Notes: a model not told the origin generated them from the letters alone. Positions 1 through 10,202 are shown, counted from the first letter of the stretch. The stretch is DNA of 64,000 nucleotides from Woeseiaceae bacterium (GCA_033720315.1 JAWWCT010000012.1:5982-69981); one strand, 5' to 3'. Program-made: numbers and translations.

Positions 1-1
1 C

Positions 2-256
2 AGGTGGCACGGCGGCGACGGCACGGTTCGACGAATCCGCTTTACCGAGCCCGTCGAAGCCGCGATTCTCTCGAATCACCGTCGCATTGCACCGTTCGGC
101 ATTGACGGTGGCGATGCTGCGAGAACGGGGGTCAATCGAATCGTCAGGGCCGATGGCGCCGAGGAACAACTGGCAGGAACCGCGACCGTGAAACTCGATG
201 CAGGCGATACCTTCATCATAGAAACGCCGGGCGGCGGCGGCTTCGGGAAGCCCTGA
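2..256 (+). CDS. hydantoinase B / 5-oxoprolinase family protein, C-terminal fragment (gene starts left of the window)
   Basis: The frame is open from the window edge to TGA at 254-256. The translation ...SNHRRIAPFGIDGGDAARTGVNRIV...GDTFIIETPGGGGFGKP* matches the conserved C-terminus of HyuB/oxoprolinase enzymes. Confidence 0.7.
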   Translation, partial: RWHGGDGTVRRIRFTEPVEAAILSNHRRIAPFGIDGGDAARTGVNRIVRADGAEEQLAGTATVKLDAGDTFIIETPGGGGFGKP

Positions 257-351
257 TCGACTCTTCAACCCGGTTGTTTCGTGGCACTTCTCTCTCCCAA
301 TCGGTCAGATAAACGGTAAGATTCGGCAATAATTAATGAGTCGGAGCGGCC

Positions 352-2130
352 ATGTCGGTCCTGGGGGAACTCAAAAGACGCAAGATGTTCCAGGTAGCAG
401 CCGTCTACCTGGTCGTCGCATGGCTGATTATGCAGGTCATCGACGTGATCCATGAGCCGCTGCGCCTGCCCGAGTGGTTCCCGACCGTCGTCATCGTATT
501 GTTATTCGTTGGATTTCCACTGACGATGATCGTCAGCTGGGCCTTCAACCTGACGCCTGGCGGCATGGTGCGCGACTCCGGCCAAACTGAAAGCAGCATT
601 TCATCCGGGCGAACGATCGAATTCGTGCTCATTGGACTGGTTGGCATTGCCGTAGTGTGGCTGATTTATCGAACGGAATTCGACACTCAACCGCCACCCG
701 AACCAGTTGCCGTCGAAGTTTCCAGGGCCGAGGTGATGCCGAATTCCATCGCGGTCCTGCCCTTCGCCAACCTGAGCCCCGATCCCGACAACGCATTCTT
801 TGCCGCAGGCATCCACGACACGATTCTGAACGAGCTGGCCAAGATCCGGGATATGAATGTTGTTTCCCGAACGGCAGTACTGCGGTACACAGACGGAATG
901 ACTCCGTTACCACAGATTGCCGGGGAACTGCGTGTCGGGACAATAATGGAAGGCAGTGTGCAATACGCAAACGGTCGTGTGCTGGTGACGGCACAGCTCA
1001 TCGATCCAGAAACCAACCTGCATCTCTGGTCGAATAATTACGATCGGGATTTCTCCGATATCTTTGCGATTCAGGCAGACATCGCGACGAAAATTGCAGA
1101 GGCGATGCAGGCAAGCCTGACGCCGGTTGAACGTGCCAGCATCGAGCACCAGATGACGGAGTCGCCCGAGGCGTACGCACTCTATCTACGTGCGATGGAG
1201 GCGATGAACTGGGACTTCAGCCCGGGCGATGCAACTACCGACGTCCTGGATTTGCTAAACGGCGCGATCGATCTCGATCCCGGGTTTGCGCGCGCGCATG
1301 CAGCCAAGGCTATGACGTATTCATTCAATAGGCCCACCCAGATGCAAGCAACCGCAAGTGCAGAAACCGCATTGTCGCTGGATCCGAATCTCGGGCTCGC
1401 TTACTCTGCCCTTGCCATAGTGCATGCCAGGGCAATGCGCGACAGCGATGCACTGGAGGATTTCGAGACGGCGTTGCGACTAAGCCCGAACGACATTGAC
1501 ATCCTGGATGATTTCTCCCGATTCCTGATGACACGACAGCATGAGGAACGCGCGCTGGCTTTGGCAGAGCGTGTCGTCGAACTCGATCCCGGGCGCATAG
1601 ACTTTTTGGCTACTATGCATTTTCGTGCCGGAAACACTGAAGTTGCTCGAGATATGTACCAGCAAGCTATAGCGGTGCACCCCGAAAACGATCTTATTCG
1701 TCTGCGAAGCGCAACGACTGAATTGATGTTGGGAAATACGGAAGCGGCGAAACGCGAAGCTCGAATCGCAAGCAGTCTCTGGAGAAATCACGAATTGCGC
1801 ATAGACGGACTGAGGAACAGGACTTATTTCTATGGCGTTGTGGGCTTGAAGGATGAGGCAGCAAGGTTTTTCGAGCTGTTTGTCTCAGTCGCAGCAAAGG
1901 AACCCGAAGGCTTTGTTGACCCCGGGGACTGGGCCATGGTTTACACGGGCATCGGTGATTGGGACAAGGTCCTGGAGTACATGAAGTTGGCTGTCGTACA
2001 GGCCGAAAATGGCTTCAGATCAGGACTTGCTCCTGGATTGTCGATAAATAGATACCGCATTCCGGAACTCGATAAACCCGAGTTCGTCGAGCTTCGCAAG
2101 CGCTTAGAAATTCCTGCCCTGGATCTCTAG
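352..2130 (+). CDS. membrane-anchored TolB-N-like / TPR repeat protein
   Basis: 592-aa ORF. It has two N-terminal TM helices, then the block IAVLPFANLSPDPDNAFFAAGIHDTILNELAK, then TPR-like repeats. It is a paralogue of 33705..35975 that lacks the DNA-binding domain. Confidence 0.75.
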   Translation: MSVLGELKRRKMFQVAAVYLVVAWLIMQVIDVIHEPLRLPEWFPTVVIVLLFVGFPLTMIVSWAFNLTPGGMVRDSGQTESSISSGRTIEFVLIGLVGIAVVWLIYRTEFDTQPPPEPVAVEVSRAEVMPNSIAVLPFANLSPDPDNAFFAAGIHDTILNELAKIRDMNVVSRTAVLRYTDGMTPLPQIAGELRVGTIMEGSVQYANGRVLVTAQLIDPETNLHLWSNNYDRDFSDIFAIQADIATKIAEAMQASLTPVERASIEHQMTESPEAYALYLRAMEAMNWDFSPGDATTDVLDLLNGAIDLDPGFARAHAAKAMTYSFNRPTQMQATASAETALSLDPNLGLAYSALAIVHARAMRDSDALEDFETALRLSPNDIDILDDFSRFLMTRQHEERALALAERVVELDPGRIDFLATMHFRAGNTEVARDMYQQAIAVHPENDLIRLRSATTELMLGNTEAAKREARIASSLWRNHELRIDGLRNRTYFYGVVGLKDEAARFFELFVSVAAKEPEGFVDPGDWAMVYTGIGDWDKVLEYMKLAVVQAENGFRSGLAPGLSINRYRIPELDKPEFVELRKRLEIPALDL

Positions 2131-2136
2131 CCCCAA

Positions 2137-2418
2137 TTACTTTTCGATTTCCACCCCATGCCAGAAGGCGACCCGGCATTTTATGTTATCGGCAGCTTCT
2201 TTCGTTTCCGGGTAGTACCACGCAGCGTTTGCATTACGTTCGCCGTCGACGACGACGTCATAGTAATGCGCCATTCCTTTCCAGGGGCAGACCGAGTGAT
2301 GCTCGCTGTCCTCGAGGAATTCCCGCTTGACCGCGTCTGGCGGAAAGTAGTGATTGCCTTCGACGACGACGGTGTCGTCACTTTCGGCGATTGTTTGCCC
2401 GTTCCATGTCGCTTTCAT
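2137..2418 (-). CDS. DUF427 domain protein
   Basis: 93 aa. The motifs NHYFPPDAV...CPWKGMAHYYDV...NAAWYYPETK...RVAFWHGV are typical of DUF427. Confidence 0.8.
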   Translation of the reverse strand: MKATWNGQTIAESDDTVVVEGNHYFPPDAVKREFLEDSEHHSVCPWKGMAHYYDVVVDGERNANAAWYYPETKEAADNIKCRVAFWHGVEIEK

Positions 2419-2427
2419 ATTTAGTGT

Positions 2428-2448
2428 AATCGCGGCTGAAGCCGCGAT
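2428..2448. repeat. REP-like palindrome aatcgcggc-tgaa-gccgcgat
   Basis: Perfect 8-bp stem abutting the sheath-gene stop. Its core matches copies at 10247, 14787 and 36733/36777. Confidence 0.7.
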
Positions 2449-4007
2449 CAGGCCGCGCGTTCACCGACCCTGCGAGCTAGCATGTTCGGATCGAAGACCG
2501 GCGCGAAAGCAGTCGTCGCAACGCGGCATCCTGTCAGTGTTTGATGCAAGGTCAGTGACACCGTTTCATCGGAGCCGGCGGGATGGAACATGAGAATCAC
2601 GGTTACGCCGCGCTCTTTGTTCACCGGGCTCGAATGCAGGCCCGCATCGCATTGCACGACGAACAGGTCGTCCTCGAATGCACCTTGGTCGGCGAGGCCG
2701 CTCATGTAGGCATGTACGATGCTGTTGACGCGATCGGCGACTGCGGTCGTATTCGGCGCAAACACGGTCCAACGTGTCGCCAGGTCGATGGTATTGGTGA
2801 TGTGCAAACAGAGCCGCGTGATGGTCAGGCTCGCAAACCTGTCGTCGAGCTGCGCATCGCGGGCCAGGGTTACGGAGCCGCACACGGTCGAACGTCCCGC
2901 GGTTCGACCGGCGATGACATTGATCCCTTCCCGGACCAGCAACTGTGCGTCTTCGATGATTACCCGCTCCACCGGAACGAGGTTGCCACGCAAGCCGTAA
3001 CCGAGCTGGTCGAGGTCCTCCCAGGGGCCGTGTTGCCGATCCAGCTTGCACAACAGGCCTGCAATTGCGGCACCCACGACACGCGGCTGCGATCGCTCCT
3101 CACGGGTATCGTAAACACGCGGGTAATAGGTAAAGATGTTCGGGCTGCAATAGTCGAATGCGCGTATGCCCTCGATCGCTTTCTGCACGCTGGTCCAGCT
3201 TCGTGGAGGATCCATGATCAGCATCGCTCCGCGTTTGCGGCAGTAGAGTTCCGCCGCGACGATGGCGGCGGGCCCGGGATCCTGGTCGCGAGCCGGTGGC
3301 GGCAGGTACAGCAGGTCGAAATGATCCACCTCGTCGAGGGCAAACAGGCCGGTCCCCCGCCAGGCGCAACCGACAAGGTCGTAGTCATTCAAGGCAACGC
3401 CGTCCGTGCCCGGCTGTGCATGCCCGATGTAACGCTCGTTGGTTTTCGCGGGCCGGCCCGCCGGCACCGGCATCTGTGCGCGTATCAGGTCCGACGTCAA
3501 AAGCTCGTCGCCGACGAATCCGCTTTCGCCTTCCTCGCAGGTCAGCTCGCGATAGATTTCCTGATCAAGTACCAGGCCGGTATCCGGCGCGATACGCTGG
3601 ATGGTCAGGTTAAAGCGCTGCTCATTGATGTCGATGCCATCGTAGTCGACGGCGGCACGAATGTATTCGGTTGATCCGGGCTCCAGTGCGCGCAGCACCA
3701 GGAAACCACCGATCGCGGGCAGCGCAATCATCGCGCCGCGGGCATTACTGGCGACCCGCACGATATAGGCCCGTGTTCCGCCATGATCGAAGAATTGATT
3801 GACGGCAGGGCCCAGGCTGCTGCGTTGCCAGATGCCGCCAAAGCGACGGTGAAACTCGCCATAACTTTCGACGAGTACCGGTCTGTTGAGGGGGCCTCGG
3901 AGAGCACGGCCGATAAAGGCAGCCGTGGAGTCGGTGGGTACGTCGATGGGGCTATCCATCGGCGCGATCTCGGTGACCGTTATGCCCCGGTCTAGAGCAT
4001 CTGACAA
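2448..4007 (-). CDS. phage tail sheath family protein (orphan, no other tail genes nearby)
   Basis: 519 aa. The N-terminal block is STAAFIGRALRGPLNRPVLVESYGEFHRRFGG...VNQFFDHGGTRAYIVRV. The C-terminal blocks are GINVIAGRTAGRSTVCGSVTLA, RWTVFAPNT and FVVQCD. The order and spacing match contractile sheath proteins. Confidence 0.7.
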   Translation of the reverse strand: MSDALDRGITVTEIAPMDSPIDVPTDSTAAFIGRALRGPLNRPVLVESYGEFHRRFGGIWQRSSLGPAVNQFFDHGGTRAYIVRVASNARGAMIALPAIGGFLVLRALEPGSTEYIRAAVDYDGIDINEQRFNLTIQRIAPDTGLVLDQEIYRELTCEEGESGFVGDELLTSDLIRAQMPVPAGRPAKTNERYIGHAQPGTDGVALNDYDLVGCAWRGTGLFALDEVDHFDLLYLPPPARDQDPGPAAIVAAELYCRKRGAMLIMDPPRSWTSVQKAIEGIRAFDYCSPNIFTYYPRVYDTREERSQPRVVGAAIAGLLCKLDRQHGPWEDLDQLGYGLRGNLVPVERVIIEDAQLLVREGINVIAGRTAGRSTVCGSVTLARDAQLDDRFASLTITRLCLHITNTIDLATRWTVFAPNTTAVADRVNSIVHAYMSGLADQGAFEDDLFVVQCDAGLHSSPVNKERGVTVILMFHPAGSDETVSLTLHQTLTGCRVATTAFAPVFDPNMLARRVGERAA

Positions 4008-4098
4008 CCCTGTCTCCGCGCTGGTGAGTCAGGTAACTGTGCCGGCATTCTAAAGTCAGCGCGCGTTAGATGCTAATGTGGCCTCCGCCAGGTGATTG

Positions 4099-5169
4099 AT
4101 GCCAATGACGAACAAGGACTACCTCCAGGAATGGTTTCCAGTGCTGGCAGAGCGGCTGCCGCGAATGCGGCTCGCCAGCCTGCCGACGCCAGTGCGCAGT
4201 TTCGAGATCGATCTCGACGGCCGCAAGCAAAAACTTTCTGTTAAATGTGATGACCTTACGGGCGATATTTACGGCGGGAATAAGGTTCGCAAGCTGGAAT
4301 TCATCTTTCCGCTCGCCCGCGAAAAACACTGTCAACGCCTCGCGACCTTCGGCGCGGTCGGCTCGAATTCCGCGCTAGCGACCGCGCTGTACGCCCGCCA
4401 GCAAGGTTTCGCGTGCAGTTGCTTTTTGATGCACCAGGCAAAAACGGCGACGATTCCCGCAACCCTGAACATGCACATCCGGAACGGCTCAGAGCTCATT
4501 CGCTACGGCGGGCCTTATCAGAAGCGCATCCAAACGCTGCGCGACAATCTCTGGGGCAAAAACGCGTGGGTGGTGCCGATGGGTGGTTCGTCCTGGCGCG
4601 GCACCGTGGGATTCGTCGCCGCGGGTCTCGAGCTTGCCCAACAGCTTGCGAACCGCGAAGTCGGTAAACCGGACAGGATCTATGTCGGCACCGGCACCAT
4701 GGGCACCGCAATCGGCATTGCGTTAGGACTCGCGATTGCCGAGCTCGATATCGAAGTCCACGCAGTGCGCGCGTCGATGACCGATATCACCAACGAAAAA
4801 CTGCTGGCAAAGCTCTGCGAAAAAACCGTGACCATGATGCGGCGTTTCGATGCATCCGTACCCGCAAATCTTGCAGGTCGAACGAATATTCGAATTCGTC
4901 ACAATTTTTTCGGCGAGGGCTATGCGCATACCACGCCGGAGGCAGACGAAGCGATCGCGTTTGCCAAGCAAGACCTCGGCATCGAACTCGATTCGACGTA
5001 TACCGGCAAGGCAATGGCAGCGTTGTTAAAAGACCTGCGAGAGCCCGGCGTCGACGAGAACAATATGCTTTTCTGGAACACCTACTACGCCATGCCGGTG
5101 ACTGTGCCGACAGACCATGTGCTGGATGAGCAAGCATTGCCCGAGGAATTTCTACGCTATTTCAGTTGA
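4099..5169 (+). CDS. PLP-dependent ACC deaminase / D-cysteine desulfhydrase family enzyme
   Basis: Carries the signature GGNKVRKLEF (PLP lysine). ATG 4099 is preceded by AGGTGA. The track ORF starts 3 nt earlier at TTG. Confidence 0.85.
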   Translation: MPMTNKDYLQEWFPVLAERLPRMRLASLPTPVRSFEIDLDGRKQKLSVKCDDLTGDIYGGNKVRKLEFIFPLAREKHCQRLATFGAVGSNSALATALYARQQGFACSCFLMHQAKTATIPATLNMHIRNGSELIRYGGPYQKRIQTLRDNLWGKNAWVVPMGGSSWRGTVGFVAAGLELAQQLANREVGKPDRIYVGTGTMGTAIGIALGLAIAELDIEVHAVRASMTDITNEKLLAKLCEKTVTMMRRFDASVPANLAGRTNIRIRHNFFGEGYAHTTPEADEAIAFAKQDLGIELDSTYTGKAMAALLKDLREPGVDENNMLFWNTYYAMPVTVPTDHVLDEQALPEEFLRYFS

Positions 5170-5195
5170 ATGTCAGGCCAGAACCGGTCGCCCAT

Positions 5196-6431
5196 TCACT
5201 CGTCGAGGTCGGCTTCGATTTCATCTTCTGGAATCGGCTCGACGGGTATATCGGATTCAACCGGTTCGTCGAGCAGTGCGCGAACCTCGTCGATCGTCGG
5301 CATGTTCGGATCGGGTTCGACGGTGTTGCGCACAATCCGCGCTCGTGCATAAACCTCACTCATGTCGGAGGTGAATATGCGAATGGGAACGCCGTTTGCG
5401 TAACTGGCAATTTCGCGGGCTTCATCCTGTTCCGCTTGCTCATTGAATGCGCCGGATTCATTGCGTACTTGCTCGAATATCTTTTGCATTCTTTCGCCCG
5501 GCGTGATGTCGTCGTCGGCGAGCGGCAGATGGCTTTCGAAGTACAATTCGCCGTCACGCCAGCCAGCGAGGTACGGCTCGTTGATGATCGTCACGGGTTC
5601 ACCGATCTCGACCAGCTCGTACAGCGTCTCGATATTTTCAGGATACAGTCGCACGCAGCCGTGACTGACGCGCATGCCCACGCCGTACGGCTGATTGGTG
5701 CCGTGAATGAGATAGCCGGGCATCGCCAGTTTCAACACGCGGTGGCCGAGAGGGTTGTCCGGGCCCGGCGGCACCACCGCAGGGTCCGGGTAGCCCAGCT
5801 CCCGGTTCTCGCGGCGCACCGAGGCCGGAACATACCACGTCGGATCCTTGGCCTTGGCGACCACCTCGGTGTCACCCAGGGGTGTCTCCCAGCCCACGCG
5901 GCCGATGCCGATCGGATACGTCAGTACCTGCACGGGTTGGCCGTCGGCCACTTGCGGAAAGTAGAAGAGGCGTTTCGAGGCCATGTTGAGCACCAGCCCG
6001 CGTCGCGGCACGTCCGGCAGCACGAATTGCGTCGGCAGCAGCACGGGCACGCCGGCACCCGGCAGCCACGGGTCGATATCAGGATTGGCGGCAACCAGTT
6101 CGTCGAAACCGAGCCCGTATTCACGGGCGAGATCGGAAAAGGTGTTGTCTTCGGTGGTGTAAACGATCTGTGGCTCGCCGACGACGGATTGATCGGGTGA
6201 TTCGAGTATGAAGAAATTGCGGTTCTGCGGTTCTTCGAGCTTTTCCTCGGCAACCGCGGGAATATCATCTCCCCAGGTGCCACCACCCAGCGGCGCCAGG
6301 AAATCCTGGATCGCCGTGCAGGCGTTCAGCAGGCCGGTCGTCGCCAGCAATGCGACGCAGCGAATGAATAATGATGGGTTCAAAATGGCGCCTGGTGCCC
6401 TCAACGGTAATGAATTTTCGCAAAAAACCAT
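5196..6431 (-). CDS. L,D-transpeptidase lipoprotein with LysM domain (YkuD family)
   Basis: Catalytic motif HGTNQPYGVGMRVSHGCVRL. LysM-like TFSDLAREYGLGFDELVAANP. Lipobox LLNAC. ATG 6431 avoids overlap with the upstream methyltransferase; the maximal ORF starts at TTG 6458. Confidence 0.85.
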   Translation of the reverse strand: MVFCENSLPLRAPGAILNPSLFIRCVALLATTGLLNACTAIQDFLAPLGGGTWGDDIPAVAEEKLEEPQNRNFFILESPDQSVVGEPQIVYTTEDNTFSDLAREYGLGFDELVAANPDIDPWLPGAGVPVLLPTQFVLPDVPRRGLVLNMASKRLFYFPQVADGQPVQVLTYPIGIGRVGWETPLGDTEVVAKAKDPTWYVPASVRRENRELGYPDPAVVPPGPDNPLGHRVLKLAMPGYLIHGTNQPYGVGMRVSHGCVRLYPENIETLYELVEIGEPVTIINEPYLAGWRDGELYFESHLPLADDDITPGERMQKIFEQVRNESGAFNEQAEQDEAREIASYANGVPIRIFTSDMSEVYARARIVRNTVEPDPNMPTIDEVRALLDEPVESDIPVEPIPEDEIEADLDE

Positions 6432-6439
6432 GACGGTCT

Positions 6440-7123
6440 CTATGTCGCTTTTTGGCAAATTCTGAGCGTCAGCGGCCAGCGCACGTCACGCCGCTGCGGT
6501 CCCCAGGCATCCTTGAGCTCCTGCTCGAATAAATCGATCGGATCCTTGCCTTTCGCCTCTATGTAGTACCGGGTGCCGGACCAGGTGCGCATGTAAGCGA
6601 GCATGTCCTCGGCTGTCCAGTCGAGTTGCATCTCGAACGGCTCCGGTTCGATTTCCGGCAACGGCATGTCGAAGTCACGATAGTGGTTCTCCACGAATTT
6701 TCTTTCCGGCGGCCAGTAGCCATCCGTCTCCTGGTAGGCTTTTTCAATGACAGCGTTGCATTCAGGCGTGATGCGGCTGCGTTCATAGCTCCAGATCGCG
6801 AGGACGCCACCGGGTTTCAGAACTCGCCGGACTTCGCTGTAAAACCGCTCGATGTCGAACCAGTGCAGCGCCTGAGCGACCGTGATGAGGTCGACCGAGT
6901 CGCTGTCGAGGCCGGAGTCTTCCGCAACCGCAACACGAAACTCGATGTTCGGGTTCGACACTGCGGATGCAATCTGCTTCTCGCTCGCGTCGGTGGCAAG
7001 CACCCTGTCGAACCGGGGTGCCAGGAAGCGTGCCGCCTGTCCGTTACCGGTGGCGCAGTCCCAGGCGAGTTCGTGGCTATTACATAGCGACGCCAGGTAC
7101 TCGAACAGCGCATCGGGGTACAC
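6440..7123 (-). CDS. class I SAM-dependent methyltransferase
   Basis: 227 aa. Motif I is DCATGNGQAARFLA, with the post-I acidic residue in VLATDAS and the Methyltransf_11-like block VLKPGGVLAIW. Confidence 0.8.
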   Translation of the reverse strand: MYPDALFEYLASLCNSHELAWDCATGNGQAARFLAPRFDRVLATDASEKQIASAVSNPNIEFRVAVAEDSGLDSDSVDLITVAQALHWFDIERFYSEVRRVLKPGGVLAIWSYERSRITPECNAVIEKAYQETDGYWPPERKFVENHYRDFDMPLPEIEPEPFEMQLDWTAEDMLAYMRTWSGTRYYIEAKGKDPIDLFEQELKDAWGPQRRDVRWPLTLRICQKAT

Positions 7124-7184
7124 CGGTCGCGCGGCAGCGTAGCTGCCGGCGTGGCCGGAAAAATGATCTTTGAAGCCGATCAGT

Positions 7185-7988
7185 CTAACGCTTGCAGTTA
7201 GGGTTACGGCCCGCCGCTTTCGCCTCGTTGTAAAGAGGCAGGGTCTTTGAGTACTGCTCGATCAGTGAATCGATTCGGGTTTCCCCGGAGGGGTGCGTGG
7301 ACATGAACTCCGGAATCTTGGTTTCGCTCTTTGCATTCATGTTTTTCCAGAGCTCGACGCTTTCCCTGGGATCGAAGCCGGCCTTAGCCATGTACTCCAG
7401 CCCGATGATATCGGCCTCGGATTCCTGTTTGCGACTGAAGGGGTTCGAAAGGCCCAGGGTCGCTGCCGTCGACAACGCACTGTAGGCACCCTGGGTCTGG
7501 TTGTAGTAACCGCCGCCAAGGATATAAGCCAGCACCTCGACGCCGTAATTCGTCAGGTCGCCTCTTGACGCCCGTTCGTTGGCATGATGCGCCGTGACAT
7601 GCGCAACCTCGTGGCCGATTACCGCGGCAAGCTGGTGCTGATTTTCGGCCACGCTCAATATGCCGGCCTTGACCACGATCTTGCCGCCCGGCATCACGAA
7701 CGCATTGATGTCCGGTTGATTGACGATGGCGAGCTCCCAGTACATTGCAGCATCCTTATCGTCGAGCACGCCGACGATGGCGTCCGCTACGCAGGCCACG
7801 TAGTCGATGGTCGCCCGGTCCTGCACCAGCGGTGCCTGTTCACGAATGATCTGCATTTGCCGTGCGCCTTCCTGGGCGAGTATCGCCTCGGATTTCAGTG
7901 TCAGTTGTGCGCGCCCGGTCGGTGTGGTGGAGCAGGCAGAGATTGCCAGAAACAGTACTGGCATCAGAAATTTGTAAATCGAGTTCAT
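7185..7988 (-). CDS. M48 family zinc metallopeptidase lipoprotein (LoiP/YggG-like)
   Basis: Zinc motif HEVAH (HExxH) and lipobox LAISAC. ATG 7988 has GGGAG 8-9 nt upstream. Confidence 0.85.
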   Translation of the reverse strand: MNSIYKFLMPVLFLAISACSTTPTGRAQLTLKSEAILAQEGARQMQIIREQAPLVQDRATIDYVACVADAIVGVLDDKDAAMYWELAIVNQPDINAFVMPGGKIVVKAGILSVAENQHQLAAVIGHEVAHVTAHHANERASRGDLTNYGVEVLAYILGGGYYNQTQGAYSALSTAATLGLSNPFSRKQESEADIIGLEYMAKAGFDPRESVELWKNMNAKSETKIPEFMSTHPSGETRIDSLIEQYSKTLPLYNEAKAAGRNPNCKR

Positions 7989-8141
7989 CGCGGTGGCTCC
8001 CACATGCTCTGGCGGATTATAGCCAAGTCGACGGCCGTTGGCTGTCGGGGCAATGACTGAAAATCGGCCCGTGCATTATCAGACAGAGTCCGCAATGCAG
8101 GGTTCCCGGCGCGGCGGGCGTTAGGCCTGGCGTACCGTTTC

Positions 8142-9164
8142 CTACCTCGGCAGGCGGCTCTCGAAGCGCCGCCGCCAGTAGACGTTGTCCGTCCGCTCGA
8201 GCAGGCTGTCGACACTCGACAGCAGCCGCCGCTGCAGGGGCATTTTGGTCTTGAAGGTCACCCGGAACAGGTCGCGGTCACTGGCGAGTTCCGCCAGCAG
8301 TTCGTCGCTGGTCTTCAGCTCATCGACGAGGCCGAGATCGATGGCCCGCGTACCATACCAGTGCTCACCGGTCGCAACCTTGTCGAGGTCGATGTCCGGA
8401 CGATACTTGCTCACTGCCCCCTGGAACAAGGCGTGCACGTCCTCGAGTTCTTCCTTGAGCTTGGCCCGGTCTTCGTCGGTGTTTTTGCCGAACATGGTGA
8501 CGTTTCTCTTGTACTTGCCGGCAGTGATTTGCTCGAAGTCGATGCCGTGACTGTCCAGCATGCGATTGAAGTTCGGTAATTGTGCTATTACGCCGATCGA
8601 ACCGACGATAGCGAAGGGTGCCGCAACGACCTTGTTGGCGACGCAGGCCATCAGGTAGCCACCACTCGCGGCGACCTTGTCGATGACCACCGTCAGCGGG
8701 ACGCCCTTTTCCCGCACGCGCACCAGTTGCGATGCAGCCAGGCCGTGTTCATGCACCACGCCACCGTAATTCTCCAGTCGCACGACAACCTGGTCGTCAG
8801 TCGTCGCCACTTCCAGCACGGCGCTGATCTCCTCGCGCAGTGACGGCACGGCACTGGCCTTGAGATCACCTTTGAAGTCGATGACAAAGGCCCGCGGACG
8901 CTTCTCGTCGGACTTGGCCTCTGCCTTGTCGCGGGCCTTCTCCGCCTTGGCTTCGGCTTTCCAGTCCGATTTTTTCATAATCGCCTGCTTCAGCGTCGCG
9001 GCAAGCTGACGATACTTCTTGTTGAGGTCTTCGATTTCCAGCCCTTCCTGCTGCGACGCTTTTTTGCCGGCGGCAGCGGCGGCACCGATGACAACCACGA
9101 TGGCCGCAACGATGGTGACCGCCTTGAGCAGGAACAGGCCGTAGTCGGCTAGAAATTCGGTCAT
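8142..9164 (-). CDS. sohB: S49 family inner-membrane protease SohB
   Basis: 340 aa. It has an N-terminal TM helix, a lysine-rich linker and the S49 core ASGGYLMACVANKVVAAPFAIVGSIGV. Overall layout is like E. coli SohB. Confidence 0.85.
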   Translation of the reverse strand: MTEFLADYGLFLLKAVTIVAAIVVVIGAAAAAGKKASQQEGLEIEDLNKKYRQLAATLKQAIMKKSDWKAEAKAEKARDKAEAKSDEKRPRAFVIDFKGDLKASAVPSLREEISAVLEVATTDDQVVVRLENYGGVVHEHGLAASQLVRVREKGVPLTVVIDKVAASGGYLMACVANKVVAAPFAIVGSIGVIAQLPNFNRMLDSHGIDFEQITAGKYKRNVTMFGKNTDEDRAKLKEELEDVHALFQGAVSKYRPDIDLDKVATGEHWYGTRAIDLGLVDELKTSDELLAELASDRDLFRVTFKTKMPLQRRLLSSVDSLLERTDNVYWRRRFESRLPR

Positions 9165-9197
9165 GAGGTCTCTTTCAGTATGGGCTCGGCGGCGCCG

Positions 9198-10202
9198 TTA
9201 CACGGCGATGCCGACATTGTTTTTTTGCAACACGCGTTCTGCGCGATAGCTGGATCGCACCAGCGGACCTGCGACCACTTCCAGGAAGCCGATATCCAAC
9301 CCTTCGCGGCGATACGCAGCGAATTCGTCGGGCGTGACGTAGCGTTCCACCGCCAGGTGATTCGGCGTCGGACGCAGATACTGACCGAGTGTCAGGATAT
9401 CGACACCGGCGGCGCGAAGATCGTGCATCGTCGCAACGATCTCGTCGTCGCGCTCGCCGAGCCCCAGCATCAGGCTGGTCTTGGTGAGCACATCCGGTCG
9501 ATGATTCTTCGCATACTCGAGCACGTCGATCGTTTGCTGATAGCCGGCACGCGGATCGCGAACCGGATGGGTCAGCCGCTTGACCGTCTCGACGTTTTGC
9601 GCGAACACCTCGATGCCGGAATCCACGACCTTGTCGACATCGCTCATCACGCCATTGAAGTCCGGTGTCAGCGCCTCGACCGCCGTTGAGGGATTCAGCT
9701 TCTTGATTTCGCGGACGCATGCCGCGTAGTGGCCTGCACCGCCGTCTTCCAGGTCATCGCGATCGACCGAGGTGATGACCACATAGTTCAGGTTCATGAG
9801 CTTGACGGCACGCGCGGTATTTAAAGGCTCCTCGGGATCCAGCCATCCCCGCGGATTGCCGGTATCGACGGCACAGAAACGGCACGCCCGGGTGCACACC
9901 GATCCCATGACCATGATCGTTGCAGTGCCATGGTTCCAGCATTCGCCGATGTTCGGGCACATCGACTCTTCGCAAACCGTGCTCAGGCGATGATTGCGCA
10001 CCGTTTGACGCACCGCCGAAAAGCCCGCGCCGGATGGCATTTTCGCGCGCAACCACGCGGGCTTGTCGCCATACCGGACCTCGGCTGTCTGGCGCCCGGG
10101 CTTGATCCCGTTCTTGATCGCCGAGAAACCCTGTTCAGTGCGGTATTTGCTACCGCTTTCAACGATCGGAATGCCGCGCAGGTGTCTTTGTTCTTTGCTC
10201 AT
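9198..10202 (-). CDS. lipA: lipoyl synthase
   Basis: [13 protein letters not shown] auxiliary cluster motif and the radical SAM motif CTRACRFC. 334 aa. Confidence 0.95.
   Translation of the reverse strand: MSKEQRHLRGIPIVESGSKYRTEQGFSAIKNGIKPGRQTAEVRYGDKPAWLRAKMPSGAGFSAVRQTVRNHRLSTVCEESMCPNIGECWNHGTATIMVMGSVCTRACRFCAVDTGNPRGWLDPEEPLNTARAVKLMNLNYVVITSVDRDDLEDGGAGHYAACVREIKKLNPSTAVEALTPDFNGVMSDVDKVVDSGIEVFAQNVETVKRLTHPVRDPRAGYQQTIDVLEYAKNHRPDVLTKTSLMLGLGERDDEIVATMHDLRAAGVDILTLGQYLRPTPNHLAVERYVTPDEFAAYRREGLDIGFLEVVAGPLVRSSYRAERVLQKNNVGIAV

Noticed and set aside
2583-3674. 363-aa plus-strand ORF antisense to the sheath-like gene. It represents a class of similar long antisense or alternate-frame ORFs: 5166-6200, 11100-11969, 13630-14247 (part), 14823-15758, 18846-19787, 19902-20825, 23256-24329, 24692-25519, 26441-27418, 29333-30526, 30523-31935, 31929-33125, 31990-33345, 42172-43932, 45151-46473, 49448-50377, 53094-54107, 54184-55455, 55914-56846 and 60599-61528.
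   Set aside because: Each lies opposite, or out of frame to, a gene with clear family motifs. Their translations are R/A/G/P/H-rich with no recognisable motifs. Long shadow ORFs are expected in DNA of about 60-65% GC.
2448-4007. Interpreting the sheath homologue as evidence of a prophage, T6SS or eCIS locus in this window.
   Set aside because: No tube, baseplate, spike, tape-measure, ClpV, integrase or lysis genes are recognisable on either side. The neighbours are ordinary metabolic or envelope genes.
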